Shown: in pieces, positions 18,982-25,630 of the stretch | Numbering within the stretch: the first letter of the stretch is position 1 | Layout: each line of letters begins with the position of its first letter | DNA from: Pseudomonadota bacterium | GTDB taxonomy: Bacteria; Pseudomonadota; Gammaproteobacteria; Steroidobacterales; Steroidobacteraceae | Direction: 5' to 3' | Length of the DNA: 64,000 nucleotides | Assembly: GCA_947459825.1 (NCBI GenBank) | Contig: CANHFH010000002.1 | Location: 17,150-81,149 of the forward strand | The notes under the pieces: generated by a model | The model's input: the letters and a program-made list of their open reading frames with translations, nothing else | Told to the model about the DNA's origin: nothing | Database searches by the model: none | Translations under genes and position numbers: made by a program

Positions 18982-19194
18982 ATGCCCCTTCTACCGCGCT
19001 TGATGCCCCAGTGGTCCGTGCTCGATCGTCTGCTCGATCAGGCCCTCGACCTCGCCCCCGAGGCGCGCGAGCGCTGGTTGGAGAGCCTCGTGGCCGAGGA
19101 TCTCGCCGTGCGCGCCACGCTGCGCCAGCTGCTCGATGTGCAGTGCGGCATCGAATCCGGTCTCTATCTCGAGCGCCTGCCGAAGGTCGCTTGA
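18982..19194 (+). CDS. 70-aa stand-alone paralogue of the Ser/Thr kinase N-terminal domain
   Basis: ATG 18982 follows GGAGG. MPLLPRLMPQWSVLDRLLDQALDLAPEARERWLESL...TLRQLLDVQCGIESGLYLERLP aligns from residue 1 with the kinase N-terminus MKLLSDLSSQWAVINRLLDEVLALEPSEREAWLDRL...TLRGLLTAQAGIETESFLDTLP, at roughly 40% identity by eye. Confidence 0.65.
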   Translation: MPLLPRLMPQWSVLDRLLDQALDLAPEARERWLESLVAEDLAVRATLRQLLDVQCGIESGLYLERLPKVA

Positions 19195-19214
19195 TGCGCG
19201 GCGCGGCGGAACGG

Positions 19215-19254
19215 ACCTGGATGTCCGCTTCCGCCGCCGTTTTCCGTACTCGTA
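19215..19254 (+). terminator. putative rho-independent terminator after the small gene
   Basis: GGCGGAACGGAC-ctggat-GTCCGCTTCCGCC (one bulge) is followed by GCCGTTTT. Confidence 0.5.
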
Positions 19255-19301
19255 GCTGAGCAGCCGACGAACGGCTTCGCCGAGGTGACCCTTCCGGGGA
19301 G

Positions 19302-19670
19302 ATGATGTCCAGCATCACGAGCCGATCCATCGCACCCGCATCGCTCCATCCGCACCTCCGCAGCGGAGGTGTCCTCCTTTCCCTGATGTTGGCCTTCGCC
19401 GCTGCCAGCCTCTTCGCCGCCGGCCTGGACTCTCCGACGACCAAGTCCGACGGCGTCACCATCCCCTACGGCGACCTCGACCTCAGCACCGTCAACGGCG
19501 CGTTCGAGCTCGAGCGCCGTCTCGTCGAAGCGGCGAGCATCGTCTGCATCGATCTCGACTCGCCCGCGGTGCCGCGCGAGACCTACGACCGCTGTCGCAT
19601 GGACGCGGTCTCGGGGGCTATACTCATCTTGCGTCGACCGCCCTCCGCGGTCGCCGCGGTGACCAGTTGA
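19302..19670 (+). CDS. UrcA-family secreted protein
   Basis: It has a signal/TM segment, then the family hallmark VTIPYGDLDLSTVNGAFELERRLVEAASIVC. Confidence 0.7.
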   Translation: MMSSITSRSIAPASLHPHLRSGGVLLSLMLAFAAASLFAAGLDSPTTKSDGVTIPYGDLDLSTVNGAFELERRLVEAASIVCIDLDSPAVPRETYDRCRMDAVSGAILILRRPPSAVAAVTS

Positions 19671-19735
19671 CCGGCGGGGCGGTCTGTCGCGGGTGATCGA
19701 CCGCGCCGTCATCGCTCCGCGACGGACGGCTAACC

Positions 19736-22534
19736 TTGAAACTGCTCTCCGACCTTTCTTCGCAATGGGCGGTCATCAACCGGCTCCTCGACGAGGTGCT
19801 GGCACTCGAGCCGTCCGAGCGTGAGGCCTGGCTCGACCGCCTCGCCCCCGAACACCATGGCCTGAAGGGCACGCTGCGCGGGCTGCTGACGGCGCAGGCG
19901 GGCATCGAGACGGAGTCCTTCCTCGACACCCTGCCCAGGATGTCCGAGCCGGCCCCCGACCTGAAGCCGGGCGACGAGATCGGCCCCTACCGCATCCTCG
20001 AACGCATCGGCAGCGGCGGCCAAGGCACGGTCTGGCTGGCGCAGCGCGCCGACGGTCAGCTCAAGCGCAAGCTGGCCATCAAGCTGCCGCAGCTCGCCTG
20101 GGCCGAGGGCCTCGCGGCGCGCATGGAGCGCGAGCGGGACATCCTGGGTGCGCTCGACCACCCTTACATCGCGCGGCTCTACGACGCAGGCGTCGACCAG
20201 CGAGGTCGACCGTTCCTCGCCATCGAGTACGTCGAGGGCGTCAACCTCGACCGGTACTGCGACGAGCAGCGTCTCGACATCCGGGCGCGGGTCGCGCTCT
20301 TCATGAACATCCTGGAGGCGGTGCAGTACGCACACACCGCGCTCGTGGTGCACCGCGACCTCAAGCCGGCCAATGTGCTGGTCAACGCCAAGGGCGAGCC
20401 GAAGCTGCTGGATTTCGGCGTCTCCTCTCTGGTCGCCCAGTCCGTGGTCGAGGGCGAGGATGCCGCGACGCAGACCGCGACCCGCGCCATGACGCCGCGC
20501 TACGCGAGCCCGGAACAGATGGAGGGGAAGCGGCTCGGCGTCGGCTCCGATGTGTATTCGCTCGGGGTGATGCTGCATGAGCTGCTGAGCGGCGGATCGC
20601 CCTACGCGGTCAAGCGCGGCTCGGTCGCAGAGTACGAGCACGCCATCCTCGAAGAAGATGTGCGCGCGCCGAGTCGGGTGCAGATGAGCGAGGTGATCGC
20701 CTTCGCCCGCGACTCGACGCCGAGGCGCCTCGCACGCCAGCTGCAGGGCGACCTCGATGCCATCGTGCTGCGTGCGCTGGCCCGTGACCCGCGTGAGCGT
20801 TACGGCTCGGCGCTCGCCCTGCACGACGACCTGCGTCGCTGGTCGACCGGCCGCGCCGTACAGGCCCGGCCACCGTCGGCCTGGATAAGTCTCCGCAAGT
20901 TCCTGGTCCGCAACCGCCTGATCGCAGGCGGCATCACCGCCGGCGTGGTGGCGGTGATGGTGGCGGCCTTGGTGGCGGTGCAGCAGGCCGGCGTCGCCCG
21001 CGAAGAGGCGCGACGCGCCAACGCCACGCGCGACTTCGTGATGGGCATCTTCAACGACGCCAACCCTGCATTGCATGCCGGGCGCGATGTCACGGTGCGC
21101 GAACTGCTCTCGGCCAACGAGCAGAAGCTCATCGACCGGCTGTCCGGCGACCCGATGCTGCAGGCCGATGTGCTCCATTCCGTCGCGCAGGTCTGGGACC
21201 GCTTCGGCGACTTCAGCCGGGTGGTGGATGTCCACCAGAAGCGCGCATCGCTGCTCGGCAGCAACGGCGCTCCGAACGAGTCGGTGGCGCTCGCCTTGCT
21301 CGAGCAAGGCAAGGCGTTGGCGGTGGTCGAGCGGGTGGGGGAGATGGCCGCCGTGCTCGACCGCGTGCGCGACCAGCTGCCTGTGGAGGACATGTCGCCG
21401 CAGGTGCGTGAGCGCTACGAGTGGCAACGCGGCTGGGTGGCGCTGTATGTCGGCGACCGCCGCGAAGCCAAGGAACACTTCACGCGCTCGGTCGAGGCCG
21501 CGCGGATGTCCGGCGATCTCGCCTCGCAGGTCCGCGCATTGTTCGGGCGCAGCGCGAGCGAGACCTGGGTGAACCGGGTCGCGCCCGACCGCGACCGGGC
21601 TGCGGCGCTGCGTGACCATCGCGAGGCGGTGCAGCTGCTCGAGCGGTCGCAGCTCGACCGCCTGCCGCGTTTCGACCAGCGGTTGCAACTGCTGTCCAAC
21701 CTGTTCTGGCTCGGCGAGTACCGCGAGGGCTGGCCCTTGGTCCGTCAGCAGATGGCGGAATCGGATCAGCTCTACGGCGAGCATCCACCCGTCGCGTCGG
21801 CGCTGCCGTTCTTCTACTTGGCCTATCTGTGGAGGCTCGGTCGTCCGCAGGAGGCGCTCGACTGGATGGCCGCGCGCACGCGCCATCAGCGCGCCTCGGG
21901 GACCTTACCGCCTGGACCGCCCCCCTCGCGTGAGGTCGCGCTGCAGGCGCGATTGTGGCTCGCGGTGGGCCAGCCCGCAGAAGCCCGCGACCTGATCGAC
22001 GGGTGGCGTCGGACGAACCTCGACCCTCCGGTGGGGGACCAGCTGCGCATCGGCGTGACCGAGCTCGAGTGGGCGCAGGCCCATTCGACGCCCGCCGAGG
22101 TGCTTCGGCTGTTGGCCGTCAAGCCGTGGTCCGCGCTCACCGACGACGACGACAGCGAGTGGCCGCTCTATCCGCTTTGGCACCGAGGGCTTGCTCTGGA
22201 GCGTCAGGGTGACAGCGCGACGGCCATCCCGCTCCTCGAGACGGCCGTCCGTAAGGCCCATGACGTGTTCGGGGAGGGGCACCCGCGGGTGGCGTTGGTC
22301 CGGCTGTCGCTGGCCTTCGTCCGTTGGCGCGCGGGCGCCGCGGAGGACGCGACCGGGCGGAACATCCTCGCTACGAGTCTGGCGGGGATCGTCACGGACC
22401 TCGAGCAGGGCATGCCGCCCGAGCACCCGGCCTTGAGGGAGGCTCGCGTCTTTTTGGCGCATATCCGTGGCGCGTCCGCCACAGAAGACGACATCCGACG
22501 CTGGAGGGACCCCACCGCCACCTTCTACCCCTAA
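19736..22534 (+). CDS. membrane-anchored Ser/Thr protein kinase with long C-terminal helical-repeat (TPR-like) region
   Basis: The TTG start is supported by alignment with the small paralogue. Kinase motifs present: GSGGQGTVWLA, AIK, HRDLKPANVLV, DFG, SPEQ. One TM segment reads LIAGGITAGVVAVMVAALVAV, followed by a C-terminal domain of about 520 aa. Confidence 0.9.
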   Translation: MKLLSDLSSQWAVINRLLDEVLALEPSEREAWLDRLAPEHHGLKGTLRGLLTAQAGIETESFLDTLPRMSEPAPDLKPGDEIGPYRILERIGSGGQGTVWLAQRADGQLKRKLAIKLPQLAWAEGLAARMERERDILGALDHPYIARLYDAGVDQRGRPFLAIEYVEGVNLDRYCDEQRLDIRARVALFMNILEAVQYAHTALVVHRDLKPANVLVNAKGEPKLLDFGVSSLVAQSVVEGEDAATQTATRAMTPRYASPEQMEGKRLGVGSDVYSLGVMLHELLSGGSPYAVKRGSVAEYEHAILEEDVRAPSRVQMSEVIAFARDSTPRRLARQLQGDLDAIVLRALARDPRERYGSALALHDDLRRWSTGRAVQARPPSAWISLRKFLVRNRLIAGGITAGVVAVMVAALVAVQQAGVAREEARRANATRDFVMGIFNDANPALHAGRDVTVRELLSANEQKLIDRLSGDPMLQADVLHSVAQVWDRFGDFSRVVDVHQKRASLLGSNGAPNESVALALLEQGKALAVVERVGEMAAVLDRVRDQLPVEDMSPQVRERYEWQRGWVALYVGDRREAKEHFTRSVEAARMSGDLASQVRALFGRSASETWVNRVAPDRDRAAALRDHREAVQLLERSQLDRLPRFDQRLQLLSNLFWLGEYREGWPLVRQQMAESDQLYGEHPPVASALPFFYLAYLWRLGRPQEALDWMAARTRHQRASGTLPPGPPPSREVALQARLWLAVGQPAEARDLIDGWRRTNLDPPVGDQLRIGVTELEWAQAHSTPAEVLRLLAVKPWSALTDDDDSEWPLYPLWHRGLALERQGDSATAIPLLETAVRKAHDVFGEGHPRVALVRLSLAFVRWRAGAAEDATGRNILATSLAGIVTDLEQGMPPEHPALREARVFLAHIRGASATEDDIRRWRDPTATFYP

Positions 22535-22650
22535 ATATCCGACAGTTTGTCGGGGTGTCGATGTCCGGTTCCGGCAGGTCAGTCCGTATCCTACGGTGAA
22601 GATTGACTAAATCCGTGATTACCGTCACATCATCGATTCGGAGATGCCCC

Positions 22651-22893
22651 ATGAACAACCGCCGCACCGCCTCCCGCCTCGCCACTTTCGCCGCCCTTGC
22701 CGTCGCCTCGTTCAGCGGCGCTTCGGCCGATGCCGCCACCCTGACCATCGCGGGTCCCGGCAACTCGGGCATCTCCTTCGTCATCGTTCTGGGAGGTACG
22801 GCCTTCACGATCTCATTGACGGGTGTCACGCAGTCGGGCGGTGCGGGGATCTGGATGCGCACGGAGCCCACGCAGTCGGGCGGCGCGGGCTGA
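22651..22893 (+). CDS. small secreted protein of unknown function (80 aa precursor)
   Basis: ATG follows GGAG. The signal peptide is MNNRRTASRLATFAALAVASFSGASADA. Third-position GC is high. The C-terminal motif TQSGGAG is duplicated (acgcagtcgggcgg.gcggg twice). Confidence 0.5.
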   Translation: MNNRRTASRLATFAALAVASFSGASADAATLTIAGPGNSGISFVIVLGGTAFTISLTGVTQSGGAGIWMRTEPTQSGGAG

Positions 22894-23001
22894 TCAGACC
22901 CTGAACGGCGCGGCCCGTCGTCGTCTCCGACGGGTCGAGCGCTCTTCCGGTATCCTCCGCGCGCCGGCATCGTCCGGCGCGCGGAGTGTCTACCGACCGA
23001 C

Positions 23002-23601
23002 ATGAGCACCGAGACGCCTCCTTCCGAGCCGACCGCCTCCGTTCGATCCTCGCCCGTCAGGGCGGCCATCGCGGCCCGTCGCTCCACCAAACGATTCTCC
23101 GATCTGCCGCCGTCGCGGGCCGACATCGAGGCCTTGCTGCAGGCTGCGGTCTGCGCGCCCGACCATGGGCAGCTCGCGCCGTGGCGGTTCACGGTGCTGC
23201 AGGGCGAGGCGCGTGGCGTGTTCGCCGATGCGCTGGCCGAGGCGCTGCGCCGGCGCATGCCGGAGGTCGCCGACGAGGCGGTGGCGCGCGAACGCGAGAA
23301 GGCTTTCCGCTCACCGGTGCTGATCGTGGTGTCGGCGCATGCCGAGCCGCACCCGAAGGTGCCCGCGGTCGAGCAGTGGGTGGCGGTCGGCGCCGCGATC
23401 CAGAATCTTTGGTTGGCGGCCGTCGAGATGGGGCTCGGTCTCGCCTGGAAGACCGGCAACCCCGCCTACGATCCGGTGGTGAAAGAGGCGCTCGGCGTGC
23501 CGGAAGGCGATGCGGTCATCGGCTTCCTGCATGTCGGCACGCCGCTCGCGACGGCGCCGCCGCGCACGCCGGATGCCGCGAGCCGTACGCGCTGGCTGTA
23601 G
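23002..23601 (+). CDS. nitroreductase-family oxidoreductase
   Basis: 199 aa with RRSTKRF, APDHGQLAPWRF and a typical nitroreductase layout. Confidence 0.8.
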   Translation: MSTETPPSEPTASVRSSPVRAAIAARRSTKRFSDLPPSRADIEALLQAAVCAPDHGQLAPWRFTVLQGEARGVFADALAEALRRRMPEVADEAVAREREKAFRSPVLIVVSAHAEPHPKVPAVEQWVAVGAAIQNLWLAAVEMGLGLAWKTGNPAYDPVVKEALGVPEGDAVIGFLHVGTPLATAPPRTPDAASRTRWL

Positions 23602-23616
23602 CGCCGGTCCGCCGTC

Positions 23617-24096
23617 TCAGGCGAGCGCTTCGGCGCTCACGATGATCCCGTTCTCGTCGGCGTAGAGCCATTCGCCGGGACGGAACACCGTACCCGCGAA
23701 ATCGACGACGACATCGCGCTCGCCCGTGCCTTCCTGGCCAGGCCGGGTCGGGCAGATGCCGAGCGCGCGCACCGCCACCGGCATGTCGCGCAGGTTCTCG
23801 ACATCGCGCGCGGCGCCGTTCACCACGATGCCCGCCCAACCATGCTGCAGCAGCAGTGCGCCCAGCTTGTCGCCGATCAGCGCGCGGCGCAGCGAGCCGC
23901 CGCCGTCGACCACCATGACGCGGCCCTCGCCGGGCGTCGAGAGCGTGCGCCGCAGCAGCATGTTGTCCTCGTGGCAACGCAGCGTGGTGATGCGGCCGTG
24001 GAAGACGCGCAGTCCGCCGAAGTCGCGGAACACGGGATCGACGGCGCGCGCGAGCGCAGGGTGGTCATCGGAGAGGTCGCAGATGCTGCGGATCAT
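23617..24096 (-). CDS. rraA: RraA-family protein (RNase E regulator / 4-hydroxy-4-methyl-2-oxoglutarate aldolase family)
   Basis: 159 aa with GRVMVVDGGGSLRRALIGDKL, GWAGIVVNGAARD and YADENGIIV. Confidence 0.85.
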   Translation of the reverse strand: MIRSICDLSDDHPALARAVDPVFRDFGGLRVFHGRITTLRCHEDNMLLRRTLSTPGEGRVMVVDGGGSLRRALIGDKLGALLLQHGWAGIVVNGAARDVENLRDMPVAVRALGICPTRPGQEGTGERDVVVDFAGTVFRPGEWLYADENGIIVSAEALA

Positions 24097-24164
24097 GGCG
24101 GCTGCCTCGGGTTCTGTGGTATCCAGACGCCTTGATTATGCGCCGACCGGCGCCAGGGGGGATG

Positions 24165-25025
24165 ATGATCCTGATCACGGGAGCGACCGGCCGTACGGGT
24201 GGCCAGGCGGCGCGGGACCTCGCGGCGCGCGGCGTGCCGGTGCGCGCCTTGGTGCGCGATGCCGCGAAAGCGGCGCCGCTGGCGGCGGCGGGCGTGGAGC
24301 TCGCCGTGGGTGATGCGGGCGACGCGGCGAGCGTGCGCGCGGCGCTGCGCGGCGTCAGCAAGGTCGCGGTGATCTTCCCGAACGGCGAGCGGCAGCTCGA
24401 GTTCGAGAAGCAGGTCGTCGACCTCGCGGCGGAGGCGCGCGTCGTGCACATCGTCAAGATCTCTTCGATGGAGTCGCTGCCGACCGCGCACAACCCCACG
24501 CACCGCATGCATTGGGACTCGGAGCAGCACATCCGCGCGACGGGCATCCCCTGGACGATGGTGCGTCCGAGCTTCTACATGCAGAACTTCCTCGCCAACG
24601 CCTACACCATCAAGACCGAGGGCAGGTTCCACTATCCTTTCGGCGACACGGGTGCGGCGACGTTCTCGGATTCGCGCGACGCGGGCGCGTTCGCGGCGCA
24701 TTGCCTCGCGACGCCCGGGCACGAGCGCCAGAGCTACGATGTCACGAGCCCCGACAAGCTGACTTTCCACGAGGTCGCCGCGACCTTCAGCCGTGAGCTC
24801 GGCCGCAAGGTCGAGTATGTCCCGCAGGACCCGGCCGCCTACAAGGCTCATCTCGGCAAGTTCCTGACGAGCCGTTGGCATCTCGATGCGGTCTGCGACA
24901 TCTTCGCCGAGATCGCCGCGGGCTATGTGGTCGACCCCACCGACACCTTCCAGCGCGTCATGGGGCGTCCCGCGACCACGCTGGCGCAGTTCATCCGCGA
25001 GCACCGTGCCGTCTTCACGCCCTGA
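24165..25025 (+). CDS. NmrA-like NAD(P)-binding (atypical SDR) protein
   Basis: The N-terminus is MILITGATGRTGGQAARDL. The start was chosen at the ATG giving the Rossmann N-terminus, and 24132 or 24162 are also possible. Confidence 0.8.
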   Translation: MILITGATGRTGGQAARDLAARGVPVRALVRDAAKAAPLAAAGVELAVGDAGDAASVRAALRGVSKVAVIFPNGERQLEFEKQVVDLAAEARVVHIVKISSMESLPTAHNPTHRMHWDSEQHIRATGIPWTMVRPSFYMQNFLANAYTIKTEGRFHYPFGDTGAATFSDSRDAGAFAAHCLATPGHERQSYDVTSPDKLTFHEVAATFSRELGRKVEYVPQDPAAYKAHLGKFLTSRWHLDAVCDIFAEIAAGYVVDPTDTFQRVMGRPATTLAQFIREHRAVFTP

Positions 25026-25548
25026 AGCCGTCGGCCTGCTGCTGCGCGCCACGCGCTTCGCCGCCTGGAAGCACCGCGACCAGCGCCGCAAGGGGCAGCG
25101 CGCCGAGCCGTACATCAACCACCCGCTCGAGCTCGCGCATGTGCTGTGGTTCGAGGGCGGGGTGCGCGACGAGGCGACGCTCGCCGCCGCCCTGCTGCAC
25201 GACACGCTCGAGGACACGCAGACCACGGTGCAGGAGCTGCAGGGCGAGTTCGGCGAGGAGATCGCGTCCATCGTGCTCGAGGTGACCGACGAGCCCTCGC
25301 TCGATTGGCGGGTGCGCAAGAAGCTGCAGATCACGCGCGCCAAGATCGCCTCGTCGCGCGCGCGGCTCGTCAAGCTCGCCGACAAGATCTGCAACCTGCG
25401 CAGCATGATCTCCAGCCCGCCGCAGCGCTGGTCGGTCGAGCGGCGCCGCGCCTACTTCGACTGGGCCCGCGAGGTCGTCGACCAGCTGCGCGGCACCAAT
25501 CCGGCGCTCGAGGAGCGCTTCGACCATGTCTTCCGGCAGCGGCCCTGA
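25006..25548 (+). CDS. HD-domain (p)ppGpp-hydrolase-like protein (small alarmone hydrolase / SpoT-HD type)
   Basis: It contains INHPLELAHVL....ATLAAALLHDTLEDT and KLADKICNLRS. There is no in-frame ATG after the NmrA stop. I propose a GTG 25006 start, overlapping NmrA by 20 nt; this start is uncertain. Confidence 0.7.
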   Translation: MPSSRPEAVGLLLRATRFAAWKHRDQRRKGQRAEPYINHPLELAHVLWFEGGVRDEATLAAALLHDTLEDTQTTVQELQGEFGEEIASIVLEVTDEPSLDWRVRKKLQITRAKIASSRARLVKLADKICNLRSMISSPPQRWSVERRRAYFDWAREVVDQLRGTNPALEERFDHVFRQRP

Positions 25549-25630
25549 TGCGCCGCGGCGTGGTGTGTTCCGGGAGCGTCGGGTGCTACTCTTGAGGACG
25601 GTACGGATGGAGCGTCCCCCGGGAGCAGCC

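Noticed and set aside
19730-21886. 718-aa minus-strand ORF.
   Set aside because: It is antisense to the Ser/Thr kinase gene, which carries full Hanks motifs.
22392-23459. 355-aa minus-strand ORF spanning the kinase end, the small secreted gene and the nitroreductase.
   Set aside because: It crosses three better-supported plus-strand genes and an intergenic region, has no motifs, and has shadow-frame composition.
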